64,000 bases of DNA, taken from positions 2,421 to 66,420 of the forward strand of contig JBEAMJ010000040.1 of the NCBI GenBank assembly GCA_041166025.1, given 5' to 3'. The stretch comes from Pseudomonadota bacterium. Its GTDB lineage: Bacteria > Pseudomonadota > Alphaproteobacteria > Caulobacterales > Hyphomonadaceae. The notes below the pieces were generated by a model, which searched no databases, had not been told where the DNA came from, and worked only from the letters and a program-made list of their open reading frames with translations. Of this stretch, positions 25,317-35,669 are shown one piece after another. Made by a program: the position numbers and the translations under genes. Position 1 is the first letter of the stretch, and every line of letters starts with the position of its first letter.

Positions 25317-26906
25317 TTAACCGCCCGCCTGCCCGAGGATTATCGGCGCAAGCGTAAGCCCGGCTATCGTCAGCACCACGAGGGCAGACAGGTTCATGAT
25401 GACCCCGCGCCGGATCATGTCCACCTGCTTCACCTTGCCCGTGCCATAAGCGATGGCGTTGGCCGCAGACCCGACCGGCATGGCGAACCCCATCGATGCA
25501 GCCATCGCCGCCGGTACAATGAAGGAGGCCGCGCCCAGCGACGGATGGCTTGCCGCCACCGACAAAAGCACCGGCCCGATGAGCGAGATCGTGGCGATGT
25601 TGGAGGCAAATTCCGTGATCACGATTACCATCAGGCCGATCAGAAGGATCACAACGGCCGGGTGAACCTCGGTCAGTCCTTCGAGGCCGCGCGCGATGAA
25701 GGGCGAGAGCCCGGAGTGGTCCGCGGCCGCCGCCAGCGCGAGCCCGCCGCCGAACAACAGCAAGATGCCCCACGGGATCTTCTGCGCATCTGCCCAGGTG
25801 ATCAGCGGCCCCTTCCGGCCGCCGCCAGCCGGTACAATGAATAGCAGCAATGCGCCAATCGTCGCGATCATCGTGTCGACATGGCCGCTGTCGATACGCC
25901 CGCCACCGAGGAGAGCCGCCCCGATCCAGTCGGCAATCAGCGTCGAGATCATCCATAGTCCGGCGATCAGGAAAAAGATGATCGCCGTTCGCGCCTCAGG
26001 CGTCGACAGCGGGCCGAGTTTTGCCAGCTCCTCCCGCACGCGCGCCTGCGCGCCGGCTGCGCCCTTGGCGTCCACTGTCAGTCCGCGCGACAGGATGAAC
26101 CATGCCATCGGAAGCAGAAGGACCACGACTGGCACGCCAACCGCCATCCACTGCCCGAACGAGACCTCGATGCCTTCAAGCCGCATCTGGGTCAGCGCGA
26201 TGCCGTTGGGCGGCGTTCCAATCGGCGTGGCGAGGCCGCCGATGGTCGCCGCATAGGCCACGGCGAGCACGAGCGCGGAAGCGAATTTCGGGTCTTCGCG
26301 CCCATTGACGGCCGAGCCGGCGGCCACGGACAGCGCCAGCGGCGTCAGGATCAGCGAGGTCGACGTGTTGGAAATCCACATCGAGATGAAGCCCGCCGAG
26401 GCGATGAAGCCCGCGAGCATCAGGCCCGGACGCGCCCCGCCCCGGGCGACCAGACCATAGGCGATGCGGGTCGACAGCCCGCAGCGCTCGATCGCAATGC
26501 CCAGCAGGAACCCGCCAATATAGAGCAGCACCACCGGATTGGAGTAATAGGCGCCGAGGTCTCCAAGTCCGAGGGTGCGCACGAGTTCGGGCGGCGTCTG
26601 CAAGGCGCCAAGGCATACGCCCTCCGTTGCGCATGTCAGCTGCCCTCGATCATTCAGCGTTACGTCGATACCCATCAGCGGAATGGCGATGATGGGCAGC
26701 AGCGCGGTCGCCGCGAGCGGCAGGGCTTCTGTGACCCACCACGTCGCCATAAGCACGAGCAGGCCCAGCACCAGCCGCCCTTCCCATGCGAGACCCTGAA
26801 GCGGCAGCATCACCGCGCCAATCGCCAGCACTGGTCCCAGCCACAGGCCGATGCCTGCAGCGCCGGACTGTGGGCCTTCTTCGGTGGTCGGCTGTCTGTC
26901 GGTCAT
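25317..26906 (-). CDS. SLC13/DASS-family anion:cation symporter-like permease
   Basis: About 530 aa, polytopic. WWVTEALPLAATALLPII near the N-terminus and a repeated SNT-type hairpin motif (WISNTSTSL, FASNIATIS), typical of the DASS/ArsB-NhaD superfamily. Confidence 0.7.
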   Translation of the reverse strand: MTDRQPTTEEGPQSGAAGIGLWLGPVLAIGAVMLPLQGLAWEGRLVLGLLVLMATWWVTEALPLAATALLPIIAIPLMGIDVTLNDRGQLTCATEGVCLGALQTPPELVRTLGLGDLGAYYSNPVVLLYIGGFLLGIAIERCGLSTRIAYGLVARGGARPGLMLAGFIASAGFISMWISNTSTSLILTPLALSVAAGSAVNGREDPKFASALVLAVAYAATIGGLATPIGTPPNGIALTQMRLEGIEVSFGQWMAVGVPVVVLLLPMAWFILSRGLTVDAKGAAGAQARVREELAKLGPLSTPEARTAIIFFLIAGLWMISTLIADWIGAALLGGGRIDSGHVDTMIATIGALLLFIVPAGGGRKGPLITWADAQKIPWGILLLFGGGLALAAAADHSGLSPFIARGLEGLTEVHPAVVILLIGLMVIVITEFASNIATISLIGPVLLSVAASHPSLGAASFIVPAAMAASMGFAMPVGSAANAIAYGTGKVKQVDMIRRGVIMNLSALVVLTIAGLTLAPIILGQAGG

Positions 26907-27047
26907 CCCACCGCCTGCATGTGTATCCCGGTCGAACCGTAGCATGCGTTGCCGGCAGGGAAAGCCTTGCGGCGCGAGACGGGAATCTCAACTCGCCGCG
27001 AGGCGAATGCCCTCGCGCGGCAGGGGCGACTCTGACACAAGGCGCGA

Positions 27048-27968
27048 ATGCTCGATGTCGTCCTGTCGCTCGCGCCGGTCTTCTCGCTGATCGCGCTTGG
27101 CGGCGTGCTCCGGCGGCTCAAGCTGCTGGGGGAGGAGGGTTGGGCGGCGCTCGAACGGCTCACCTACTTTGTGCTGTTCCCGCCGATGATGTTCATGAGC
27201 ATCATCGAGGGGTCTTTCGCAGGCGCCGATGCGCTGGCGCTGGGGCAGGTGCTGGCCGGCACGGTCATCACGATGGCGGCATTAATGCTCCTGGCGCGGC
27301 CGTTGCTGGCGCAGGATGGACCGCAGTTTTCAAGCGTGTTCCAGGCCGGCATACGCTGGAACGGCTATGTGGCGCTGGGCGTGATCTCGGGGCTCAACGG
27401 CGCGCCGGGCGTCGGGCTCGCGGCAGTCGGATTCGCGGTGCTGGTGCCGATCAACAACGTGTTTAGCGTGCTGGTGCTAAGCCGCTATGCCGGCTCGACG
27501 CCGGCCAGCTTCGGACGCGTCGCGCGGTCCATCGCTGCAAACCCGCTCATCATCTCGACGCTCCTGGCGATTGTCCTGGTGCAAGCGGGGGTGCGGGTCA
27601 GCGAGCCCGTCGCGCAGACGCTCAATCTCTTGGGCGACGCCACCATTGCGCTTGGCCTGATTTGCGTCGGCGCGGCGCTCGATATCGGTTCGATGCGGTC
27701 GGCGAAATGGCCGCTGGGGGCGGGAACGGCGCTGCGGCTGGTTGTAATGCCCGCAATCGCCTTCGGTCTCTGCAATGCGATCGGGCTGACCGGTATGCCA
27801 CTGCAGGTGGCCATGCTGTGCGTCGCCGCCCCGGTTGCGACCTCGTCCTACATTCTGGCGCGTCAGCTCGGGGGCGACGCGCGCCTGATGGCCAATATCG
27901 TGACGCTCACCACGCTCCTCAGCCTTGCCACCATCCCGCTGACGATCTGGCTTACCAGCACGTCCTAA
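27048..27968 (+). CDS. AEC (auxin efflux carrier) family transporter
   Basis: 306 aa, about 10 TM. N-terminal VLSLAPVFSLIALGGVLRRLKLL and a two-repeat architecture typical of the family. Confidence 0.75.
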   Translation: MLDVVLSLAPVFSLIALGGVLRRLKLLGEEGWAALERLTYFVLFPPMMFMSIIEGSFAGADALALGQVLAGTVITMAALMLLARPLLAQDGPQFSSVFQAGIRWNGYVALGVISGLNGAPGVGLAAVGFAVLVPINNVFSVLVLSRYAGSTPASFGRVARSIAANPLIISTLLAIVLVQAGVRVSEPVAQTLNLLGDATIALGLICVGAALDIGSMRSAKWPLGAGTALRLVVMPAIAFGLCNAIGLTGMPLQVAMLCVAAPVATSSYILARQLGGDARLMANIVTLTTLLSLATIPLTIWLTSTS

Positions 27969-28468
27969 AGCTGCTTGACCATGAAGACGAGGTCGAGGCG
28001 CCGGCCGAACTTCCGGCCGACGCCTTTCAGCTGACCCTGGATCTCGAAGCCGGCCTGTTCATGCAGCCGGATGGAGGCCGCGTTGCTGCTGTCGACCCCG
28101 CCGACCATCGCCTCCATGCCCTTGCCCCGGGCGCGCACGACCAGTTCAGCGAGCAACATGCCCCCGATGCCGCGTCTCTGCATGTTGGCCGCCACATAGA
28201 CCGAGTGCTCGACGGTGCGCGCATAGCCGGGAAAGTCCCGGAAAGTGCCGAAACTGCCATAGCCCAGCACGTCCAGCGGCGCTGCGGGATCGACAGCGAC
28301 CACGACTGGAAAGCCTGCCGCAAGCCGCGCGTCCATCCACTGCCGGCGGAGGTCGACCGTCGTCTCCGCTTCGGACCAGATCGAAAAGGTCTCGCGGACT
28401 GCATGATTGAAGATGGCCGCAATGCCCGGAAGATGGGCGTCCTCCGCGTCCAGAATCCCGACCGGCAT
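27965..28468 (-). CDS. GNAT family N-acetyltransferase (phosphinothricin/MnaT-like)
   Basis: 167 aa. IFNHAVRETFSIW..., acetyl-CoA motif QRRGIGGMLL and C-terminal IRLHEQAGFE. Confidence 0.85.
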   Translation of the reverse strand: MPVGILDAEDAHLPGIAAIFNHAVRETFSIWSEAETTVDLRRQWMDARLAAGFPVVVAVDPAAPLDVLGYGSFGTFRDFPGYARTVEHSVYVAANMQRRGIGGMLLAELVVRARGKGMEAMVGGVDSSNAASIRLHEQAGFEIQGQLKGVGRKFGRRLDLVFMVKQL

Positions 28469-28613
28469 CTGTCCTCCAGCCTTCGCCGCAACGTTCTCAC
28501 GCGAACACGAATGCGTCTACACGAATACGTCGACAGGGGCCCCGGCTCTAGCCCGCAAGCGCGGCCTGTGCGATTTCCGGCGTCAACGACAAGAAACGCC
28601 CAGGGAGCCCCCC

Positions 28614-30359
28614 ATGACCGAAGCCGCAGCGCCCTTCCCGGTAATGTCCATCGCCCAGTGCAATGCCCTTATGACGGCGCCGGGCGCCAAGTTCGAGATG
28701 GAAGAAAAAGTCATCAACGGGATCGCGCTGCGCACCTACAAGCATGCGCCGCAGACCTTGCGCGATGTCGTGCTGAATTCGAAGCAGTGGGATTTCCGCG
28801 AGTATCTCGTCTACCACGACGAACGCGTCACCTATGCGGCGCACTACAAGGCGGTTGCCCACCTGGCCCGCGCCCTGCGCGAGACGTTTGGCGTCCGTAA
28901 GGGCGACCGGGTAGCCGTTGTCATGCGCAACTATCCGCAGTGGGCGGTCGGGTTCTGGGCGGCGCTTGCCATCGGCGCCATCGCCACGCCGCTCAACTCC
29001 TGGTGGACGGGGGAGGAGCTGGAGTACGGCCTTGCCGATTCCGGCGCAAAGGTCGCCATCGTCGACCAGGAAAAGCTGGAGCGCATCCGCGAGCACCTGC
29101 CGAAGCTCACGCAGCTGAAGACGATCATCGTCGCCCGTGGGGGGGAAGAGGAAGCCGACCCGCGCATTGTCTCGCTGGAGAAGCTGATCGGCGCGGCGAA
29201 AGCCTGGGCAGACCTGCCCGACATCGACATGCCGGCTGCAGACATCGGACCCGATGACGACGCGACGATCATGTACACCTCCGGCACCACCGGAAAGCCG
29301 AAGGGCGCGCTGGCGACGCACCGGGGGATCGTCTCGAACGTGTTCAACGGTATGGCTTGCCAGGCGCGCCACTTCCTGAGGCAGGGTCAGCCGCCGCCCG
29401 TGCGCGATCCACTGAACGACCCGCCACGCATTCCACTGCTCGCCATCCCCTTCTTCCATGCGACCGGCGCGTTCTCCAATCTCGTTCCGGCGATCATCAA
29501 CGCCGACAAGATTGTGACCATGTACAAGTGGGATCCCGGCGAGGCGCTGGAAATCATCGAGCGCGAGAAGATCACCATGATCGGCGGTGTGCCAGCGATC
29601 GCCTGGCAGGTGCTGGAGCATCCCGATCGCGACAAGTACGATCTGTCATCGATCCAGTTCGTTGCCTATGGCGGTGCGCCTTCAGCGCCAGAACTCGTGG
29701 CTACCATCAAGCGCCGCTTCCCGAATGGGCTTGCTTCCAACGGCTGGGGCATGACGGAAACCTGCGCCGCCTCCTGCGTCAATTTCGGCAAGGACTACGA
29801 GGTAAGGCCCGACAGCTGTGGCGCGCCCGCGCCAGCGATGGATTTCAGGATCGTCGGGTCGAACGGAGAGACGCTTGGCCCCAACCAGGTGGGCGAGCTG
29901 TGGGTCAAGGGTCCCAACAACTGCAAGGCCTACTGGAACAAGCCGGAGGCCACGGCCAAGACCTTCATAGACGGGTGGGTGGTCACCGGCGACATCGGCC
30001 GTATGGACGAGGAAGGTTTTGTCTTCCTGCTCGATCGGGCCAAGGACATGCTGATACGCGGCGGGGAGAACATTTACTGCATCGAGGTCGAAAGCGCCCT
30101 CTACGATCACCCTGCCATCATGGACGCAGCGGTGGTCGGCATTCCGCACAAGGTGCTGGGCGAAGAAGTGGGCGCCGTGGTTCAGGTGAAGCCTGACATG
30201 GATGTGACCGCTGACGAGCTGCGCCGCTTCACCGCCCAGAAGATCGCGGCCTTCAAGGTGCCTGTGGACATCCAGATCCAGCGCGATCCACTGCCGCGCA
30301 ACGCCAATGGCAAGATCATGAAGAGCGAGTTGCGCACGCGGTTTGCGCCGCGCGGCTGA
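28614..30359 (+). CDS. AMP-dependent acyl-CoA synthetase/ligase (class I adenylate-forming enzyme)
   Basis: Start at the internal ATG preceded by GGGAG. AMP-binding motifs YTSGTTGKPKG, GWGMTE, TGDIGRMDEEGF and the terminal Lys region NANGKIMK. Confidence 0.9.
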   Translation: MTEAAAPFPVMSIAQCNALMTAPGAKFEMEEKVINGIALRTYKHAPQTLRDVVLNSKQWDFREYLVYHDERVTYAAHYKAVAHLARALRETFGVRKGDRVAVVMRNYPQWAVGFWAALAIGAIATPLNSWWTGEELEYGLADSGAKVAIVDQEKLERIREHLPKLTQLKTIIVARGGEEEADPRIVSLEKLIGAAKAWADLPDIDMPAADIGPDDDATIMYTSGTTGKPKGALATHRGIVSNVFNGMACQARHFLRQGQPPPVRDPLNDPPRIPLLAIPFFHATGAFSNLVPAIINADKIVTMYKWDPGEALEIIEREKITMIGGVPAIAWQVLEHPDRDKYDLSSIQFVAYGGAPSAPELVATIKRRFPNGLASNGWGMTETCAASCVNFGKDYEVRPDSCGAPAPAMDFRIVGSNGETLGPNQVGELWVKGPNNCKAYWNKPEATAKTFIDGWVVTGDIGRMDEEGFVFLLDRAKDMLIRGGENIYCIEVESALYDHPAIMDAAVVGIPHKVLGEEVGAVVQVKPDMDVTADELRRFTAQKIAAFKVPVDIQIQRDPLPRNANGKIMKSELRTRFAPRG

Positions 30360-30386
30360 TCGCCCTCGGCCTGGGCTGGCAACGAC

Positions 30387-31418
30387 CTAAATCCAGCGCC
30401 GCCATTTCAGGAAGGCAAGCACGCCGACGCCGAGCGCGCAGGTCGTGGCGACGACCGCGATGAATGACCACGGTTCATCCGCCCACGGAATGCCGGCGAG
30501 ATTCATGCCGAGTAGACCGGTCACATAGGACAGAGGCAGGAAGATCGCCGACACGACGGAGAGCGCCAGCAGCCTCTGGTTGAGTTGTTCCTGCCGCTGG
30601 CCGACAACCTGGTCCTGAAGCACCGCCGCGCGATCGCGGATTGAATCCAGTTCTTCGGCGATGCGGATGATGTGGTCGGATGTGTCGCGCAGGATCACCT
30701 GGTCGTCATCGTCGAAGGCCGGCGCGCCGGCGCGGCGCATGCGCGCCTCGCGCTGCAGCTGGCTCATCGCGTCGGTCTGTGGCTGGACGTAACGGCGCAA
30801 CAGCAGGATGGTGCGGCGGAATTCGGCGAGATCACGCGGCGACAGGCGACCGCGCGAATTCAGCATCGTTTCCTCGAACTCATCCGCCTCGTCCTTGAGC
30901 TGCTCGACAACCGGGTCGATGTAGTCGATCAGCTTGGCGGAAATTCGGGCCAGCAGGTGAGCCGGCGAGGTCGGTGCATCGCGACCGATTTCCTCGCGCA
31001 CCTCGTGGATGGCCTTGACCGGGTAGGATCGCATCGAGATTACGAGATTGCTGGTCGCCCATATACGAACGGAAATCATGTCCTCCGGTTCGGCCCCGGG
31101 ATTGTGGTTGATGCCGCGCAGGTTGAGCAGCAGCCCATCCTCGTAGGGCGCGCAGCGCGGCCGGGTCTCCGTTTGCAGCAGGGCCGCGATCACCGCTTCA
31201 TCGAGATTGCTTGACTCTTCCAGCCATTCGCGTGTCTCGGGCGCCAACCGGTTGAAGTGCAGCCAGCGCCAGCCCAGCGTGGGGCAGGCCGCCGTTGGCT
31301 TCATCTCTGACCAGTCGATGCGGGAGACCCCGCCCTCCGGTTCGAAGTCGAAGCCGAAGATGAACGCCTCTGCGTTCGGCTCGGCGTGATCGTTACGTTC
31401 GACGGGGGCGATGGGCAT
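30387..31418 (-). CDS. CorA/ZntB-family divalent metal transporter
   Basis: Large cytoplasmic N-domain, then two C-terminal TM helices with the GMN motif (YVTGLLGMNLAGIP). The track ORF begins at a TTG 15 codons upstream, so the start is uncertain. Confidence 0.8.
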   Translation of the reverse strand: MPIAPVERNDHAEPNAEAFIFGFDFEPEGGVSRIDWSEMKPTAACPTLGWRWLHFNRLAPETREWLEESSNLDEAVIAALLQTETRPRCAPYEDGLLLNLRGINHNPGAEPEDMISVRIWATSNLVISMRSYPVKAIHEVREEIGRDAPTSPAHLLARISAKLIDYIDPVVEQLKDEADEFEETMLNSRGRLSPRDLAEFRRTILLLRRYVQPQTDAMSQLQREARMRRAGAPAFDDDDQVILRDTSDHIIRIAEELDSIRDRAAVLQDQVVGQRQEQLNQRLLALSVVSAIFLPLSYVTGLLGMNLAGIPWADEPWSFIAVVATTCALGVGVLAFLKWRRWI

Positions 31419-31580
31419 GGGTGGAACCCGAAAAGGATGGCCCGCTTCTAGACCGGTTTTCAATTGACCGGCTAGGCCTGCTCCGAACCTGCAAATTCAC
31501 CGTGGTGCGGTTGGCCTTGCAGGCCGGGCGTGGCTGACCCTAAGGGACGCCTGACGCGCGGTGGCGTGACGAAGGACCTC

Positions 31581-32336
31581 ATGGCGGGTGACAAGGAGTC
31601 GAAAGGGCGTCGGGAGCGGCTCGACATCGAGCTGGTCCGGCGTGGCCTTGCGCCAACTCGGGCGCGAGCGCGCGAAGCTATCGAAGCAGGCAAGGTGCAG
31701 GTCGAGGGTGTGGTTGCGACGAAGCCCGGGCAGCTCGTCGACCACGCGAACCGGATCGAGGCCGAAATGGCCCATCCCTGGGTCTCGCGCGGCGGGTTGA
31801 AGCTTGATCATGCCCTCCGTGCGTTCGGGGTCGATCCCGCAGGCAGGCACTGTCTGGACCTTGGCTCCTCGACAGGCGGCTTCACCGAAGTCCTGCTGGC
31901 GCGTGGAGCGAGGCGCGTTGTTGCGGTCGACGTCGGGGTTGGCCAGCTGCACCCGCGGCTACGCTCCGATCCACGCGTGATCAGCCTCGAATCGACAGAC
32001 GCGCGCAATCTTGACGCGGCCCTCCTGATCGACCCGCCGGAGCTGGTCGTCTGCGACGCCAGCTTCATCGGCCTCGCCAAGCTGCTGGCCCGGCCGCTGC
32101 AGCTTGCAGCAAGGACCGCGATTCTTGTGGCGCTGTTCAAGCCGCAGTTTGAAGTGGGACCGGCCCATGTCGGCAAGGGCGGGATCGTGTCCGATGTCGC
32201 TGCCGTCGATGCGGCCGCAGTCGCGCTGGAATCCTGGCTTGCCACAGCAGGCTGGCCGGTCCGGGCGTGGATCGACAGCCCGATCACCGGCGGCGATGGC
32301 AATCGCGAGCGGCTGTTCCTCGCGCGGAATCAGTGA
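31581..32336 (+). CDS. tlyA: TlyA family rRNA (cytidine-2'-O)-methyltransferase
   Basis: S4-like N-terminus (RLDIELVRRGLAPTRARAREAIEAGKVQVEG) and FtsJ-type SAM domain (CLDLGSSTGGFTEVLL). ATG start chosen over the upstream GTG. Confidence 0.85.
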   Translation: MAGDKESKGRRERLDIELVRRGLAPTRARAREAIEAGKVQVEGVVATKPGQLVDHANRIEAEMAHPWVSRGGLKLDHALRAFGVDPAGRHCLDLGSSTGGFTEVLLARGARRVVAVDVGVGQLHPRLRSDPRVISLESTDARNLDAALLIDPPELVVCDASFIGLAKLLARPLQLAARTAILVALFKPQFEVGPAHVGKGGIVSDVAAVDAAAVALESWLATAGWPVRAWIDSPITGGDGNRERLFLARNQ

Positions 32337-32358
32337 AAACGCCTAGGCTGGAATCAGA

Positions 32359-32421
32359 CGAGCCGCACTGCTTGCGCAATGCGGCTCGCCCTCACAGGCC
32401 CTGGGTTGGGGGGACGGGCCT
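32359..32421. terminator. two hairpins between convergent genes (possible bidirectional terminator region)
   Basis: gagccgca-N12-tgcggctc (32359..32386) and caggccc-N14-gggcctg (32394..32421), the latter followed by tcttc. U-tracts are weak. Confidence 0.4.
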
Positions 32422-32464
32422 GTCTTCAAAGACTGACCTCGATGCCCTCGGCAGTGCGATCAGC

Positions 32465-33016
32465 CTAATCTCTCACTTGCCAGTCGCCGTAGTAGGCGTC
32501 GCGGCACACTTCCACGGGACGGCGAATTTCGGATCCATCCGGCAGGCGCGTGACCTGTACCGACTCCGTGCAATCCGACCCCGCGTAAGCGTCGCGCTTA
32601 TAGGCAGAGCGGTCGCTCCGGTAAAGATCATCGTAGCGCCGGCCGCCATCGAGATAGGGATCGTCCTCATAGCGCAAGTAGCCGTAGTTTGGCTGGCCGT
32701 AGGGCTGCTGGCCATAGGACTGACCGCCATAATTCGGACTGTAGCCGTAGCCTTGGACAGGAGGGGCGCACCGCACGTTGCCGCCCGCGCCGGCGCCAAT
32801 CATGCCGCCGACAACTGCGCCCAGCGCTGTCCCGTCATGCTTGTGACCCTTCGCCGCAACATTGCTCCCCAGGACGCCGCCGAGGATGCTGCCGACGATC
32901 GCGCCGCCGACCTGGTTGTTCTGCCGGATCTCCGCGCATGAGCGAGTCTGGGCGAATGCGCCGGGCGCCGCCATGGCAACAACAGCGGAGATCATCAGCA
33001 AGGCCTTGATACGCAT
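32465..33016 (-). CDS. secreted glycine-zipper protein (17-kDa-antigen-like) with Tyr/Gly/Gln-rich linker
   Basis: Signal peptide MRIKALLMISAVVAMAAPGAFA. Glycine zippers GGAIVGSILGGVLGSNVAA and GAVVGGMIGAGAGG. Low-complexity region GYGYSPNYGGQSYGQQPYGQPNYGY. Confidence 0.7.
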   Translation of the reverse strand: MRIKALLMISAVVAMAAPGAFAQTRSCAEIRQNNQVGGAIVGSILGGVLGSNVAAKGHKHDGTALGAVVGGMIGAGAGGNVRCAPPVQGYGYSPNYGGQSYGQQPYGQPNYGYLRYEDDPYLDGGRRYDDLYRSDRSAYKRDAYAGSDCTESVQVTRLPDGSEIRRPVEVCRDAYYGDWQVRD

Positions 33017-33091
33017 CGGGGAAACCCTCCGGACAAACATTGTCACGGTGCAGCCTGCTGCAGCCGACCTGAACGGGACCTGAAGGGACGG

Positions 33092-34183
33092 TTAGCGGCC
33101 GGTCTGGCCGCGATGCCGCAGCCTGTGGTCGGCCAGAACGCAGGCCATCATCGCTTCCGCGACCGGAACGGCGCGGATGCCGACGCAGGGATCGTGGCGC
33201 CCCCTGGTGCGGATGTCGGTGTCCTCCCCCTGCCGGTTGATGGTCTGGCGCGGTGTGAGGATCGAGGAGGTCGGCTTGACCGCGATCCGCGCAACAACCG
33301 GTTGGCCGGAGGAGATGCCGCCCAGCACGCCGCCATTGTTGTTCGACAGGAACTCCACCCCATTTCCCGCACGGCGCATCTGGTCGGCATTGTCCTCACC
33401 CGACAGTGCGGCGGAGGGGAAGCCTGCGCCGATCTCGACGCCCTTGACGGCGTTGATGCTCATCAGGGCGCCGGCGAGGTCTGCGTCGAGCTTGCCATAG
33501 ACCGGCGCGCCCCAGCCGGGCGGCACGCCCTCGGCGACGACCTCGACAATGGCGCCGCAGGAGGAACCGGCCTTCCGCGTCTCGTCGAGGAAGGTCTCCC
33601 ACTTGAGCGCCATGTCGGCGTCGGGACACCAGAACGGGTTCTGCTCGACGACATCCCAGTTCCAGTTCGCGCGGTCGATCGCGTGCGGGCCGATCTGCAC
33701 GACGGCGCCACGAATGGCGACGCCTGATCCCAGCACCATCCGCGCCACCGCACCGGCGGCCACGCGCGAGGCCGTCTCGCGTGCCGACGAGCGCCCGCCG
33801 CCGCGATAGTCGCGCAGGCCATACTTCTGGTCGTAGGCATAGTCGGCATGGCCCGGGCGATAGCTGTCCCGGATCTCGCTGTAATCTTTCGAGCGCTGGT
33901 CAGTATTCTCGATTATCAGGGAGATCGGCGTGCCCGTGGTGACCGGGCCTCCGGTGCGATCGTCCTCGAAGACGCCGGAGAGAATTCGGACCTTGTCCTC
34001 CTCCTGGCGCTGGGTGACGAAGCGCGAGGTGCCGGGCCGGCGCTTGTCGAGGTATTGCTGGATGAACTCCGGGGTCAGAGCGAGGCCGGGCGGGCAGCCA
34101 TCGACCACGCAACCGATGGCCGGCCCATGGCTCTCGCCCCAGGTCGTCACGCGGAAGAGATGGCCGAAGCTGTTGTGCGACAT
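33092..34183 (-). CDS. aroC: chorismate synthase
   Basis: Start at M20 ([20 protein letters not shown]). Further conserved blocks [17 protein letters not shown] and GRHDPCVG. Confidence 0.95.
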   Translation of the reverse strand: MSHNSFGHLFRVTTWGESHGPAIGCVVDGCPPGLALTPEFIQQYLDKRRPGTSRFVTQRQEEDKVRILSGVFEDDRTGGPVTTGTPISLIIENTDQRSKDYSEIRDSYRPGHADYAYDQKYGLRDYRGGGRSSARETASRVAAGAVARMVLGSGVAIRGAVVQIGPHAIDRANWNWDVVEQNPFWCPDADMALKWETFLDETRKAGSSCGAIVEVVAEGVPPGWGAPVYGKLDADLAGALMSINAVKGVEIGAGFPSAALSGEDNADQMRRAGNGVEFLSNNNGGVLGGISSGQPVVARIAVKPTSSILTPRQTINRQGEDTDIRTRGRHDPCVGIRAVPVAEAMMACVLADHRLRHRGQTGR

Positions 34184-34285
34184 GGGGCCAGCTTGAAGCG
34201 CAAAACGACGGCTTTGGATAGGGCGCCCGTGTTGGCTCACCGGCTCCCCGGGCTATAGCATCCCTGCCAGCCCGCGAGGTTCCGG

Positions 34286-34756
34286 ATGAGCAAGCAGCAC
34301 GACTATACCAGCACCATCCGCTGGACCGGCGATCGCGGGCAGGGAACAAGGACCTACAAGGGATATGACCGGACCTGGCGCATCGAAACGCCGGGCAAGA
34401 GACCTGTCGAATGCTCCAACGATCCGTTGCTTGGCGGCGATCCGGCGAAGCACAATCCGGAGGACCTGCTTCTGTCTGCGCTCTCCGCCTGCCACATGCT
34501 CTGGTATCTGCATCTGGCCAGCAACGCTGGCATCGTCGTGCGCGCCTATGCAGACAATCCGGTCGGTGTTGGCGAAACCTCGGCCGGAGGCGCGGGGCGA
34601 TTCCTCCGCGCCACGCTGCGCCCGGTGATCCACGTGGAAAAGGGCGCTGACCTCGCCAAGGCCGATGCGATCCACCGTGAGATCCATCAGTATTGCTTCA
34701 TCGCTCGCTCGGTGAACTTTCCGATCAGCTATGACTTGACATTCGTGGAGGTGTAG
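34286..34756 (+). CDS. OsmC family protein
   Basis: 156 aa. NPEDLLLSALSACHML and a C-terminal Cys region (HQYCFIARS), typical of OsmC/Ohr-fold peroxiredoxin-like proteins. Confidence 0.8.
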   Translation: MSKQHDYTSTIRWTGDRGQGTRTYKGYDRTWRIETPGKRPVECSNDPLLGGDPAKHNPEDLLLSALSACHMLWYLHLASNAGIVVRAYADNPVGVGETSAGGAGRFLRATLRPVIHVEKGADLAKADAIHREIHQYCFIARSVNFPISYDLTFVEV

Positions 34757-34832
34757 GTGGCCGGACGGTGTGGGCCTGCTGGCGCTTTCAGGGTCCGCCC
34801 GCTAGTCTTCCGCCGCACAAGAGGAAACGCAC

Positions 34833-35588
34833 ATGACCTACAACTTCACCGGCAAGACCGCGGTCGTTACCGGCGCCAGCCGCGGGATCGGCGCGGCCAT
34901 TGCGCGGACGCTTGCGGCCGACGGCGCGCGCGTAGCGCTGGTGGCGCGGACAGGCGATGCAATCCGCAAGCTGGCGGCGGAGATCGGCAAGGGCGCTGTC
35001 GCCATCGAGGCGGACATGGCCTCGGCGGACGGCTGGCGCAAGGCGGCCGACGGCGCGCTGGCGGCGCTGGGTGAGATCGACATCCTCGTAAACAATGCCG
35101 GGGTCAGCGCGGCGCAGGCGATGGGCAAGGTGACGCCCGAAGGTCTCGACGAGACGCTCAACGTCAATGTACGCAACCTGATCCTGCTGACGGACGCCCT
35201 GTCGGCCTCGCTGATCCGGCGCAAGGGCAACGTGGTGAATATCTCCTCGGTCTCGTCTTTCTCCGGCGCGCTCGGGCAGATCGCCTATTCGACGTCGAAG
35301 GGCGCAGTGAACTCCTTCACGCGCAACGCCTCGATCGACCTCGGCCGCGCGGGCGTGCGCGTGAACGCCATCGCGCCGGGCGTGATCGACGAGGGCATGT
35401 GGTCGACAGCTTTTTCCAAGGGCCTCGACCGCGAGAAGACGCTGGAGCGGATGGGCCGGCTTGTGCCGCTCGAGAAGCGCTGGGGCACGGCGCAGGAGAT
35501 TGCCGATGCGGTGGCGTTCCTCGCCTCCGACAAGGCTGCCTACATCACCGGTCAGGTGCTGCGTGTGGATGGCGGGATGATTGTGTGA
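34833..35588 (+). CDS. SDR family oxidoreductase
   Basis: 251 aa. TGASRGIGAAIA cofactor motif, NNAG, and catalytic YSTSK. Confidence 0.9.
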   Translation: MTYNFTGKTAVVTGASRGIGAAIARTLAADGARVALVARTGDAIRKLAAEIGKGAVAIEADMASADGWRKAADGALAALGEIDILVNNAGVSAAQAMGKVTPEGLDETLNVNVRNLILLTDALSASLIRRKGNVVNISSVSSFSGALGQIAYSTSKGAVNSFTRNASIDLGRAGVRVNAIAPGVIDEGMWSTAFSKGLDREKTLERMGRLVPLEKRWGTAQEIADAVAFLASDKAAYITGQVLRVDGGMIV

Positions 35589-35669
35589 CTCAGCACAGGC
35601 GATTCGCACGCGCCGTCATTCGCATTAGGAACCATCCTGTCTGCACAGGCGAAGAGTGCTCCTCTCGAG